A stretch of DNA of 63,397 nt, filler included, from Pirum gemmata (GCA_002812295.1; 25 parts of 25 records of this genome joined end to end with filler, not necessarily neighbours in it), one strand, 5' to 3'. Positions 1-12,616 are shown, numbered from the whole stretch's first letter. Translations and numbers: made by a program. The notes: generated by a model from the sequence alone, not told the origin.

Positions 1-507
1 AAAAAAAAAAAAAAAAAAAAAAAAAAAATAATGCTATCATAATAAGATTCATAATTATAACTATGCGATGCATAGCCAAATTATTATTAAAAAAAAACTG
101 ACATTGGTTCATAATAAAATTTTCTTAGTTAGACGATTTCTGAAAATTTAAGATTTTGACTAGATTTTGTCAGCTCATCTGGTATGGATGCTATATATAT
201 ATTATTTAGTGTATAATATTATCGTATTAAAGTGTACATGCATATACACATTCTAAATTCTTTCTTCTACAGTATCATACCATACCATAGTCTAGTCTTT
301 ACAGCTGTCTTTACTATCAATTAATTTAGTATTTTATACTTAATTAAAGTTGTATTTTATAAACAAATTCAATTATACAATTTAACAGTACCAGATTAAA
401 GATTGAGAGGAAAAATGTAATGAAATAGACGATAATACAACTAGATACCTTACACTTAGAAAGAGAAACCAGACCATTCTTCAATAAAGAAAACTTTTTT
501 TTTTCAA

Positions 508-694
508 CAGCCAAGCCGGATAAAAATAGTATAAAAATTGCGACATCTGTCGTGAGCTCAAAATCCAAAAAATCTTAAAAAATACTCCAATGTCAATGAA
601 AATACTACCAAATTTTCAGAAATTACATAACTAAGAAAACTCTATTATGAACCAATGACTACTTTTTAAAAATAATTTGGCTAGTTAGCATTAA

Positions 695-700
<6 letters not shown>
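508..700 (-). mobile_element. MITE family A copy (TIR CAGCCAAGCCGGATAAA)
   Basis: Homologous to 29192-29447 in reverse orientation. A partial forward copy lies at ~72-150. Confidence 0.7.
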
Positions 701-747
<47 letters not shown>

Positions 748-2307
748 TTTCTACAGTCTTCTACAGTCTTATCATACCAGCTTAGCTATTTAAAAAAAAA
801 CAATAATAATAATAAAAATAAAATAAAGCTAAATTAATTTTTGAATCTTTTCATTTAATCTTTTTATTTAATTTATACTTTTTTAAAAATTAACTCAAGA
901 GTAATGTGAATATTACTTTAATTGATTTAATTTTTTATTTTTATTTTTTCCTCGTTATTATTATTATTGTTTTTGTTGTTGTTGTGGATGGTGATGACAA
1001 TGATGATTAGGATGATGATGATGATTAAAACAATGATGATGGTGGTGATGATGTATAATATTATGCCTTAAAAATTTGTTGTTGGATTTGCAAAAGAAGG
1101 TACCGTATAAAAAAAGAAATAAATGTATATTGATAATAATAAATAACAATACATGATAATGTAAATGCTTGTAAATAATAATGTTATAAAAACAAAAATC
1201 AATTAAAATACCAAATTTCAGCAAAAATAACGGTTTAATTAATATTGATGATTAATTAACAAGCGCTGGAACTCCTTCTTTTCAAAATAACCTGTCCTGA
1301 TAACTAAACCAAAAAAAAAAAAAAACTAGAATAGAGATTATCTTGTTCTAGCTGGTAGTCTCTAACTATTAATAAAGAAGTAGCTATGATGACTATTTGC
1401 AAAAAAAACTGGCTTTGGTTTTTCTAGTAGCTACGTATATTATGATACCTGCTCTATGATGCTAGCTAGACTAGCTAGCTAGCTACAGTCTACCAGTAGC
1501 TACCAGTCTATATAAAAACGTAGAAGCCAAAAAACACTCAAAATGAAATGGTGACGAAATTTGATTTTGGGTTGGAGGACGATTTAATATAGATAATTGA
1601 ACACTTCTATTTTTTGAGGTGGAGAGGGGAATGAGTATCGAAAAAAAAGAAAAATCTCTCTCAGTTGTTATTTTTGGTTGTTATTAGGTCTACAAAAATT
1701 ACATCTATGTGTGAAAATTAGGCATTCGTAGTCTTATTACAGTATCGATAAACTTCATAAATGCCCCAATGGAAAATTATAACATTATATACTAAATTGA
1801 GTGAGAATTTTTTTTTCCAAATTGCCCTGTCGCACTTCATCATAAACACCCCCTCCCACCTTATGACCCTAACAGATGAAAATTCTAAGCTTTCAGGTTT
1901 CGATCTAAACCATTAAAATGGAAATCTAGCTAGCCATCTTAGTAGCACTTTTGTAGCTCTAGCTAGAACATATTATCATAATATTATTATCTAGCTAGCT
2001 AGAGGGGGGTTGAACAAAAAAATCGAATCGAGTTCCTTGGATTGGCAGACGGATTCAGCTTTAATTAATTATTTTCATTTATGGACACTGGAAATGACTT
2101 TTTCAATTCAATAGCTTTATGATATCATTATATTAGTTTTATCATAAACCAGTTTTATCTATTCATACTAAAATAAACATTGTAGTATATATAAAATTAT
2201 TGTTGTTTTTTAATTTTTTATTAACAAGTTCAATTATGTACTTAAACAGTACCAAACTCAACATGGAGAGGACAGCTGTAATGAATTAGATGATAATTAT
2301 AAATATA

Positions 2308-2407
2308 NNNNNNNNNNNNNNNNNNNNNNNNNNNNNNNNNNNNNNNNNNNNTTAATTAATTAANNNNNNNNNNNNNNNNNNNNNNNNNNNNNNNNNNNNN
2401 NNNNNNN
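2308..2407. other. Artificial contig linker (N44-TTAATTAATTAA-N44); first of 24
   Basis: Identical 100-nt spacer (stop codons in all six frames) starts at 2308, 4683, 7090, 9499, 11906, 14297, 16518, 18902, 21284, 23661, 26046, 28417, 30826, 33215, 35565, 39411, 41817, 45096, 47502, 49881, 52286, 56238, 58613 and 60994. It defines 25 unrelated pieces. Confidence 0.98.
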
Positions 2408-3137
2408 TAATTCAACTGGGCTATCTGGCACAAACAAAGACACACCACAAAATCGCGCATCATAGTAATACAATTTAACAATACATAAACAATACTTTAA
2501 CTGATGGAGATAGGAATAATAATATAGAAAAACATTAGGTAGGTTAAGTAAATAATATAGTTTATTATTACAGTATGGGGCATATCAAACACGAGTTTGA
2601 ATCTTTTATCGTGTTTTTCAAGGGTTTTTCAATAGTGTTGTCCAGTTCAAAAACTGAAATAAGGTGGTTGTGGTGGCTGTGGTTGTTATGGTTGTTATGG
2701 TTTCTGTTAGTATTATTGGCGGACTTTGGGCTAACGTTATTATACAGACTCCTTGAAATTTTTGGTCCACGATGTTGAAGTCGGTATGATCACTTACAAG
2801 TGTTCGTGCAAAAAATAATACAAATAAAAAAACACGGATACAAAACTTTATTTTAATTAATTAATCCAAAATTATAATCTTACAATTAATATTTCAATTC
2901 TCCAAGTAGAATAATATATTAATGTGAGGTGAAAATATAAATTGTAATTATCTTAATTTCCACAGCAGAATTAAGGTGTCTCGTACTGACCCACTGTCTT
3001 AGTAATGTGTGTGTTTGTGTGGTGTGTATGTCTTTGTGTTTATAATGTGTGTATGTATATATGTGTGTGTGTTTGTGTGTATGTACGTATGTGTTAAAAA
3101 TTACACTTTTTGGAGAATTAATTAATTTAATTAAATA

Positions 3138-4415
3138 TTAGTGCATTTCCCATAGTAAAATTAAAGTGAAAATGTAGCATTGTAATTGTAAGCCTTGGTT
3201 AATAGTTGTACTGGTGTTTTCTGTCGTTTCGCGAGGCACGTTTGGAACTGTAGGTTGAACAGAAGCTACGTATACAATTATATTAAAATCATATATATAA
3301 TATAAATTAAAAATACATGTTAATTAATAATATATATTCACATTATATAATATATTGGATTGGATGGTTAATTATATATTAAAAATCTTTAAATTTTATG
3401 TAAATTATTATATATAATGATTATTCTATTAAAATTATTATTATTAATATATATATTAATATTACTCTGAATTAAATAATAGTTAATAATAAGGTAACTA
3501 TTAATATTAATAATAATAATAATTAAATGTTATTATTGGGCTTTGTCACAATAGATATCAATATCATTTTATTTATATTATTGTTATATAATTTAATTGA
3601 TCATTACTAGTTTTAATTAATTACATAATTTACATGTAAATTGAATTTTAATAATAATGATAATGATGATAATGATAAACGAAATTATTATTAATAATAC
3701 TTAGTATTACCTTGGGAAGTAGTAATAGTACTAGTTGGGGTTGGAAGTAATAGTACTGTGTCACTGGCAGTCATCAAATTGGTTGTAGTGGTGGTTAGAG
3801 ACGTAACTCCTTCAGTCTCATTCGCATTGGCTGTCGCTTGAACTGGGTCTGTTATCTACAATCAATATTATATCACATAATTATTATTATTAATATTATA
3901 TTAATAACATAATATTATTACCATATTATGTATATAACAATCAGTACTACTGTATAATTACTTATGCTGTAAGGTTCCCTAACCCTAATCCTAACCCTAA
4001 TCCTAATCCTAACCTCATGATTATTATCATATTATAACATAACAACATATCACTTATTGTAATATAATAATTACTATATAATAATAATATTAATAATTAT
4101 AAAAGTATTAATAATCTTATTTATAACAATAATAATATTAATAATAATAATAACTATAACAGCAATAAAAATATATTAAATTAATAGTTATTATTAATAG
4201 TATTAAATTATAACAATAATAATATTAATAATAATAATTACTTTCAAAAACTGAGTTATTTGTAAAGCTGGGCCTAGGTTAACTTCTACCATCGCACATT
4301 GATTTAGAATGGCATTGACAGTGAAAAGTGGTGGAGTAGCACAAGCAGCATCCATGTAAAACAGAACTTCGAATTGATCGTTGGGTAATTTCAAGTATTG
4401 ACCAAATCCAGCAGG
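3138..4415 (-). CDS. 3' part of a spliced Thr/Ser-rich, probably GPI-anchored surface protein (exons 4415-4242, 3855-3711, 3265-3138)
   Basis: GT/AG junctions with compatible phases (0, then 1) give PAGFGQYLKLPNDQFEVLFYMDAACATPPLFTVNAILNQCAMVEVNLGPALQITQFLK / ITDPVQATANANETEGVTSLTTTTTNLMTASDTVLLLPTPTSTITTSQ / ASVQPTVPNVPRETTENTSTTINQGLQLQCYIFTLILLWEMH*. Mucin-like stalk plus hydrophobic C-terminus. The 5' end was not found in the contig. Confidence 0.75.
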
Positions 4416-4424
4416 CTTTTTATA

Positions 4425-4513
4425 TAGGGTTAGGGTTAGGGTTAGGGTTAGGGTTAGGGTTAGGGTTAGGGTTAGGGTTAGGGTTAGGGTTAGGGTTAGG
4501 GTTAGGGTTAGGG
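4425..4513 (+). repeat. Interstitial (TTAGGG)n, ~14 units, intronic
   Basis: Perfect array ending a few nt from the acceptor of the exon at 4415. A short opposite-orientation tract lies at ~3978-4015. Confidence 0.95.
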
Positions 4514-5114
4514 TCGAGACTAGTTCGAAATTGGGGACTAACAAGTTCGAAATTGGGGACTAACATGTACACTAGTAGTACTACTACTTCCACTAACTAC
4601 TAGCTAGACCGGTGCTTTTTTTTATTTTGTCACTCTTAAATATTTATTTGGAGGGTTATAATCTTTAAATTGACATTTTTAANNNNNNNNNNNNNNNNNN
4701 NNNNNNNNNNNNNNNNNNNNNNNNNNTTAATTAATTAANNNNNNNNNNNNNNNNNNNNNNNNNNNNNNNNNNNNNNNNNNNNATAATAATAATAATAATA
4801 ATACTTATATTAACACTAATATGAATACTAATTATTATATATAATTAATTAATTATGCTGATAATAAATCATTAAAATGAAAAAAATGCATTGATAAAAA
4901 TGATAAAAAAAAAACCAATTATGACTTTTAAAACACCAAATAGAGTTCGGGAGTCGGGACTGCATAACACACGCGCTCAGTTACGTCATTTAAAACAATT
5001 TTATGAAAATCCGTCATTATGATGTCATGTTTTGTAGACTAAAAGATAGACTGTCTAGCTCCTGTGTCTAGCTCGGTCCTAGCTAGTAGCTCGGTCTCAT
5101 GATTGTTTTTTCTA

Positions 5115-5373
5115 AAGACTTCTTTTCTAAAAACTTTTAAAATACTAACTAGTAACTACAGCCAAATTATTTTTAAAAACTTGCCATTGGTTCATAATAG
5201 AGTTATCTTAGTTATTCGGTTTCTCAAAATGTGGTAGTACTTTCATTTTAAAATTGAATCATTTTTCTATTTTTGGATTTTGAGATCATATGGCGGATGT
5301 CGTCATTTTTATTCCTGTATTATTAGAATAATTAGACTATTAGCCTTCTTAGCCTGGAGACAAGGCAAGGTCT

Positions 5374-5410
<37 letters not shown>

Positions 5411-5639
5411 AAGCAGGATAAAAACGGCGACATAAGCTCAAAAATCCAAAAAATCTCATAATGATCCGTACTAAAAGTACCTAGCTAAAAGTACTACTAA
5501 ATTTTGAGAAATTGTCTAACTAATAATACTCTATTATGAAACAATTACTGGTTTTTTAAAAAGAATTTGGCTAGTTAGCGTTAAAGATTTTTAGAAAGGA
5601 AGTCTCAAATGATTTATACAGTTTTATCTGGCCTGTCTG
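5115..5639. mobile_element. Two family A MITE copies in inverted orientation (~5115-5318 + and ~5408-5639 -)
   Basis: GCCAAATTATTTTTAAAAAC..ATTGGTTCATAATAGAG on the left is mirrored by CTCTATTATGAAACAAT..TTTAAAAAGAATTTGGC on the right, separated by a poly-T run. Confidence 0.75.
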
Positions 5640-6022
5640 TTTTAAAATATATATATCATGATATATACATAAAAACTTAATTGCGAAGAAAAACTTGGGT
5701 GACTCTTGCGGGCAACCTAACTATCGATATGTTAATATTATATATAGCTAACAAGACTTAGTATGATAACAACCACTTGATCAAGCTCTAGCTAGATAGC
5801 TAGTAGCTAGTAGTAGCTAGAGCGTAGAAGCTTCGAGGTACTCATCCCTTAGACACCCCCCCCCCTACAATCCCTGAATTGGATGCAGCTACATAGGGAC
5901 TCCAACAACAAACTGGAACATATAATTATGTACATCTGCTAATTACACAGGCCATACACAGACTATTTACACAAAATACAACATCTTTAACAGAGAATCA
6001 AACAAGAAACCGTACTTTTGTT

Positions 6023-6361
6023 AAACCTGCCTGGGGACAACCACTATTTGATACGCTAGTTTGATCAAGCTAGCTATAGCGTAGTGGTTGTCCCCAGGTT
6101 TGGCAAAAGCTGGCTTCGAGGTCTTATACACCCCCCCTCTACAAACCCTGAATTGGATACAATGTAACTCGATCAACGTACACGTAGGTCCCCCAACACA
6201 AACCGAATACACATATTACACATACTAACTACACACAATCGAACCTTGGAACTTTTGACTACTTTTGTTTTGTTTTGTAACCTCTGGGACTCTCTGGGGT
6301 CAACCACTAACTACACTACTAGCCTGAACAAGCTAGAAGCGTAGTGGTTGTCCACAGGTTT
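6023..6361. repeat. Degenerate copies of the 62-bp palindromic element (family G) at 6023-6101 and ~6290-6361
   Basis: CCTGGGGACAACCACTA...GATCAAGC...GCGTAGTGGTTGTCCCCAGGTTT matches 21568-21629 with short insertions. The adjacent ~100 bp is also duplicated (~5830-5928 vs ~6113-6218). Confidence 0.8.
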
Positions 6362-6383
6362 ATTAACACAAAAAACACCCACA

Positions 6384-6680
6384 GCTCTCGGGTGGCAGAG
6401 TGGTTGAGTTGACTATCAACCTGTTTGAATGTCTGGGGTTCGAATCTGTAGGTCTCAACGATACCATGTGAGGTTTTCGCTATTTTCCCTCTAAAGACAT
6501 GAACGTAATAATAAAAGACTAATAAAAGTCCACACCAAAAATATGGCAAAAAAGCCGACAAACTCTAGAGGGAAACCATGGTCTCAGAACATTGTAGAAC
6601 TACCTACGTGTCGGAATGTGTGAACCTCTCCCGTCGTGTTGCTAGTTGCAAGTATTAAAAGACACCGAAAACGCAACTCG
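6384..6680 (+). mobile_element. tRNA-derived SINE-like element or tRNA pseudogene with structured 3' body
   Basis: A-box TGGCAGAGTGG (6393-6403) and B-box GGTTCGAATC (6437-6446) at tRNA spacing. The acceptor and T stems do not pair properly. A unique tail, GC-richer than background, follows. Confidence 0.5.
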
Positions 6681-7379
6681 AAAATTTAGAAAAAGAAAAA
6701 GTATTTTATTTAATGAATATAATATTATGAGCTAATATATTATATATGATATTGCAATCAAAAGAAAAGAATTTCCCAGCAGACAAATATAAATAAAGAA
6801 AAGGAAGGAACTAGGAGTGAACTAGGGTAATTTTAGCCCCCAAAATGAAACAGTGGAAGCAATAGACCTATCTATATTTATACCATATATCAATAAATAT
6901 TGTGAAAAACTTTTGAGCTATATTAATATAATTATAATATATAAATGAAAAGATTTACTGTTTACACACTAAATTTGTGTAGAATATAATATTATCATAT
7001 ATGATATATCCGAATATATATGTATTGTGCTTTTCATTTATTTTGTCACTCCGAATATTTATTTGGTTGTTTATAATATTTAAGTTGATNNNNNNNNNNN
7101 NNNNNNNNNNNNNNNNNNNNNNNNNNNNNNNNNTTAATTAATTAANNNNNNNNNNNNNNNNNNNNNNNNNNNNNNNNNNNNNNNNNNNNATTATTATTAT
7201 GATTATGTTGTTTTTATCGGGTTTTAATTGTTTTCTAGTTCCAGCTTGGATTTTTTAAAACCAAGTTCAGATTTAATGGATGAAGATCTCATGGTTAAGT
7301 CACTAACGGTATTTTTTTGAAATGTTTTATTTTTCTTATCTTTATTAATATTGTACTTCTTACTCCTATTTTATAAAGT

Positions 7380-7875
7380 GTCATGGTCAATATCAATTAT
7401 CATTATCATTATCATTATCATTATCATTATCATTATCATTATCGGTTTAATTATCACTAAAATATTAATATTTTTTTTATTGCCTTTTCGTTCTATCTAT
7501 TACTAGTACTACTAGTACCACCACTTCTTCCACCACCACCACCACTTCTTCTACCACCACCACCACTACTACTACTACTAATGCCAATTGTTTATTTTGT
7601 TGAATTTTAAAGGATTGCCAATCTACGTCTATTTTGCCTTTCTTATCAAACCAGTTTCCACCGTTTAAGTCTTTGGATGAAAGTCAACAGGTAGGGTTTT
7701 TTAATTATTGTTATTGTTATTGTTATTGTTATTGTTATTGTTATCGTTATTGTTATTGTTATTGTTATTGTTATTTTTATTGTTATTGTTATTTCATCAT
7801 CATTATCATTATCATAATCGTATATATTTATTTGTAATTATTATCACCATATTCATAATCATAATCATAATCATA

Positions 7876-7940
<65 letters not shown>

Positions 7941-7947
7941 AATCATA

Positions 7948-7979
<32 letters not shown>

Positions 7980-8290
7980 CATATTTATTTATTATCGTTA
8001 CCGTTATTACCATTACCATAATTACCATTACTATTATCATTATCATTACCATATCATCAGCATTACCGTTATCATTATCATTATCATTATCATTTTCATT
8101 ATTATTACCATTACCGTTATCAGTATCAGTATGATTACCATTACCATTGACATTGCCATTATCATTATGATCATCATCCTCCTCCTCCTCCTCATCATTA
8201 CATCATCGTTATCATTATCATTATCATTAGTATTATCATTATCGTTATTAATATAATTATCATAATCATAATCATAGTTATAATAATGGT
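7380..8290. repeat. Compound microsatellite region (ATCATT, TTATTG, ATC, ATAATC)
   Basis: Direct inspection. It accounts for the ORFs between 7634 and 8256. Confidence 0.9.
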
Positions 8291-8460
8291 CATGTTTATT
8301 TATTATTGTTATATATTTTATAAATAATAGATAACGCTTCTAAAAGAGGCTGTAAATTTAACTTTGTTACGAATAGGTATTTTTAAACATTTATTGTCAT
8401 TACTAATTACTATAACTTTATTATTGTCAAAAAGATAATTAAAATTAACAATACCATTTG

Positions 8461-8914
8461 TTATGGTTATGGTTAGAGTTAGAGTTAAGGTTAAATTTAG
8501 GTTTTAGGTCAAGGTCAAGGTTAGGGTTAGGGTTTAAGATAGGGTTAGGGTTAGGGTTTAAGATAGGGTCAGGGTTAGGGTTAGGGTAGGGTTAGGGTTA
8601 GGGTTAGGGTAGGGTTAGGGTTAGGGTAGGGTTAGGGTTAGGGTTAGGTTAAGGTTAAGGTTAAGGTTAAGATTAGAGTTAGAGTTAGGGTCAGAGTTAG
8701 GGTTAGGGTTACGGTTTGGGTTAGGGCTAGGGTTAGAGTTAAGGTTAAGGTTAAGGTTAGGGTTAAGGTTGGGGTTAGGGTTAGGGTTAGGGTTAGGGTT
8801 AGGGTTAGGGTTATAGGGTTAAGGTTAGGTAGGGGTTAGGGTTATAGGGTTAAGGTTAGGTAGGGGTTAGGGTTATAGTTAGGTTGAGGGTTAGGGTTAT
8901 ATAGGGTTAGGGTT
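8461..8914 (+). repeat. Interstitial degenerate telomeric array (TTAGGG with TTAAGG, TTAGAG, TAGGG, TTATGG variants)
   Basis: ~450 bp flanked by non-telomeric sequence on both sides. Confidence 0.95.
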
Positions 8915-9380
8915 ATATATATATGCGACTTCTTGTTAAAGTTTTGTTTGTGAAAAATGTTAGGTGGAGTGAAAAATGAACATTCTACAACTTCCGAATT
9001 GTTAAAGGGCTTGGCCGATGTATTTGTGTAAGTTTTTTTTAGTTTTGTTTGAACGTTTTTATTGGTTTGTTTTTTTTTTGTTTTTTTTTGTTTTATTTTG
9101 TGTTTATTTTGTGTTTATTTTGTTTTTTGTTTGTTTTGTTTTGTTTTGTTTGTTTTGTTTTATTTTGTTGTTGTATTTTTATAAGTTTTTAGTTTTTTAG
9201 TGTTTTAGTTTTTTAGTTTTTTAGTTTTTGATTTTTTCTGTTTTATTTTTTTGTTGGGTTTTTCGGTGTTATGGTTGGTTGCTATGTTATTTACAGATTG
9301 TTTTCTTATTCTTATTTTCTTATTTCACTTTTTTAATTGTATTTTTTTTTCATCATTTTTTTTATTATTTTTTTTTTTTA

Positions 9381-9481
<101 letters not shown>

Positions 9482-9598
9482 GTTTTGTTTGTTTTTTTNN
9501 NNNNNNNNNNNNNNNNNNNNNNNNNNNNNNNNNNNNNNNNNNTTAATTAATTAANNNNNNNNNNNNNNNNNNNNNNNNNNNNNNNNNNNNNNNNNNNN

Positions 9599-9985
9599 AT
9601 TAATTTAATAGTTGTTGCTATACCAGTTGTTCCAATCCAACTTTTAAAAACTTTTAATTTAATATTGAACTTTTAACTTTTAATTTATTAATTTAATAAT
9701 TAGTTGTTGCTATACCAGTTGTTCCAATCCAACTTTTAAACTTTTAACTTAATTTATTAATTTAATAATTGGTGCATCAGTAGTTGCTATATCAGTTGTT
9801 CCAAACCAACTTTTAAACTTTTAACTTTTAATTTATTAATTTATCAGTTGTTCCAATCCAACTTTTAAACTTTTAACTTTTAATTTATTAATTTGCTATA
9901 CCAGTTTAACTTTTAATTTGCTATACCAGTTGTTCCAATCCAACTTTTAAACTTTTAACTTTTAATTTATTAATTTAATAATTAG
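9599..9985. repeat. Tandem degenerate ~55-75 bp repeats derived from the 3' end of the adjacent gene
   Basis: GTTGCTATACCAGTTGTTCCAATCCAAC+TTTTAAACTTTTAAC recurs ~6 times and matches the last codons of the CDS ending at 9975. Confidence 0.85.
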
Positions 9986-10479
9986 GTGCATCAGTAGTTG
10001 CTATACCAGTTGCTCCAATCCAACTCGCAGGATATTGAACAGGCATTATGCGTTTAAAAATGGAATAAGACTTTCCCTTGGGTATTTCAAAAGCGGCCAA
10101 CTGTGTAACCCCTTGAGAATTAGCATACAAAAATTCTTTGCCTTCGGTTCCTGGAGTAGGAGTAGAAATCAACAGATTAACAGCTTGGATGTTATAAATA
10201 ACTTCATTAGTATTTTCCGAACCACCGAAATTAAATTGTGAGCCTAGGCCAACTTCATCTGCTAAAGATTCTACTTTACCTATTTATTTATTAACATTGA
10301 TTATTATAATGTAATACACTACTATTAATATTGATTATATTGTTATAATTATTTTTTATTGTTATTGCTGTTACTAAATGTTATAGTTATTGTTATTACG
10401 AATAATAAGAATAATAATGAAGATGATGATGATGATGATGATGATGACGTATGTACATTGATTATTATAATTATTATTA

Positions 10480-10527
<48 letters not shown>

Positions 10528-10531
10528 GTCG

Positions 10532-10592
<61 letters not shown>

Positions 10593-11072
10593 AATGATTA
10601 TTATTATTTGCTTTATGCTATATAATTATATATACCTGAGGAAGGGTCTAAAGTACCGACAGACATGCTACCTCTACTGCCATTTGTGGTATAATAGCGA
10701 CCACGATGATACTGACACCAACAAATAAATCTACCTGCTGATGTACTATCTACAAATTTAAACTTGCCTACGTCAGAATCTGCATTATTAGTAGTAGCTC
10801 TAAATGTTCTGACGTCGTAAGTACCAGCAATTGTCAACATTATCAACACTTCACCTTTAGGTACAGCTTCGTTATCAACAATACAAAATCCAAAAGCAAT
10901 AAAAACATTGAAAAGGTCTGGATTGTCGTTTTCAAATTCAGTGCTTACTTTTTTACTCTCGGATACCGTGTTCGAGGATTTGTTGTATGGATAATACAAC
11001 AATTTATTCGAATGCAGCAAAACCATCACACATTCTGCGCGAGGACAAAAAGCTGTGGTATTTTGATAAAAA

Positions 11073-11108
<36 letters not shown>

Positions 11109-11160
11109 GAAAGTAAAGTATATTACGTAAAAAACAAGTGTATAAATAAAAAAATAATAC

Positions 11161-11206
<46 letters not shown>

Positions 11207-11355
11207 GAAAGTAAAGTATAGTACGTAAAAAACAAGTGTATAAATAAAAAAATAATACTAAAATATTTCAAAAACTGTTCAAAGTAGTGTGAACTATATA
11301 TAATATATAATATAATGAAAACAATAATGAAAATAAAAATGAAAACAACAACAAC

Positions 11356-11395
<40 letters not shown>

Positions 11396-11731
11396 GTAAT
11401 ATAATAATAATAATAATAACAATAATAAATAAATAAAAAATAAAAATAATAATAATATGAATAATATAAATAAAGCCATAATTGATGTATATTGAAATAT
11501 AGATTTTTATAAAACTAACCCACTTGAGCTGGTGCTCGAGCTGCATCAAAAGGAAATGGATAACCAGCCTCAGCTGTTTGGTTAACATTCAAATCGAGTG
11601 AATTTTGACTCTTGGTTGTTTTTCCTTTGTTCGGTTCCAACGAAAACATTTGTAAAGAACCAGTTTCACCACAGGTGATAACAGCAATAGCATTGGTTTC
11701 TTTTTGAAAATCTAAAGAGCATGGAAATATT
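9975..11731 (-). CDS. Lactonase / 3-carboxymuconate-cyclase-like beta-propeller protein, 5'-partial (exons 11731-11520, 11052-10636, 10279-9975)
   Basis: Phase-1 GT/AG joins fuse three ORF-track fragments into one frame. Motifs PAQVAFCP, AFGF, ICWCQYHRGRYYTTNGSRGSMS, GKEFLYANSQG and C-terminal GATGIA resemble lactonase-family propeller blades (PAQIxFSPDG, PFGF, CWxxxxxxGRYxYTTNxGSG, DGRFLYV). The family call is by eye, and the 5' boundary of the first exon is uncertain (alternative acceptor at 11711). Confidence 0.8.
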
Positions 11732-12616
11732 CTAAATAACAAAAATTAAATATTAGTTTTTTTAATTAAGATCTATAATAAGTGAATACGCAGGTTATGT
11801 CATTCTTTTTATTTATTTATTTATTTTAATTTTTTACAATGTCATAATTGATAAAAAATATAAATAAAAATAAAAAAAAACCTGGGGGATTATTACTGTT
11901 ATTATNNNNNNNNNNNNNNNNNNNNNNNNNNNNNNNNNNNNNNNNNNNNTTAATTAATTAANNNNNNNNNNNNNNNNNNNNNNNNNNNNNNNNNNNNNNN
12001 NNNNNATAATAATAATAATAATAGCAATAGTGAGTCTGAAAGTTATGAAGTTGGTAGCGTTAGTAAAAAGAAAAGTAAGATGACCTTCAGAAAAAAAACA
12101 GAAAACGTTCAATCAAAATAATTGTACGAATAGGAATGGTGGTGGTGGTAGTAGTAATAGTATTGCTAGTGGAGGAATTGGAGGAGGTGCGGTGGCGGTA
12201 ATGCGCAGTGGTATTCTAGTCTTCGTTCTGATACTAGTAATAATAACAGCAATAACAATATCAATAACAATAACAATAACAATAATACTAATAATAACAA
12301 TAATGATAATAATAATAATAATAATAATAATAGTAATAATGCATTCGTAGTATTATTATTAATAATAATAATTGTGGCGACACTTAAGAAGAATCAACTT
12401 CTTTGAGACAGCATTGATTATGCTACCAACAAAAACAAACAATTAGATATCATGAATTGCATTTTTTGTGTCCCTTCGATTTTTATTTGGTAATTTGAAA
12501 GTGAAAATTGATATTTTTTTTAATAAATAAATACAAAAAAATGTAAATTTTCTCAAATTGTATTCGTTACTTAATAGATATAAATAATTTGGTAAGTTGA
12601 ATTTATATTTTGTTCA

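Noticed and set aside
2352..2363. Regularly spaced TTAATTAATTAA motif as a biological repeat or CRISPR-like array
   Set aside because: Always embedded in exactly 44+44 N, so it is an assembly concatenation linker.
6384..6460. Functional tRNA gene
   Set aside because: Acceptor and T stems do not pair, and there is no clear anticodon arm.
7634..8256. Homopolymeric ORFs (poly-I/L/Y/C/V/F/K) here and at 9228, 10359, 31624, 32080, 33711, 35077, 52330, 56027 and 59786
   Set aside because: Stop-free frames of microsatellites, not credible proteins.
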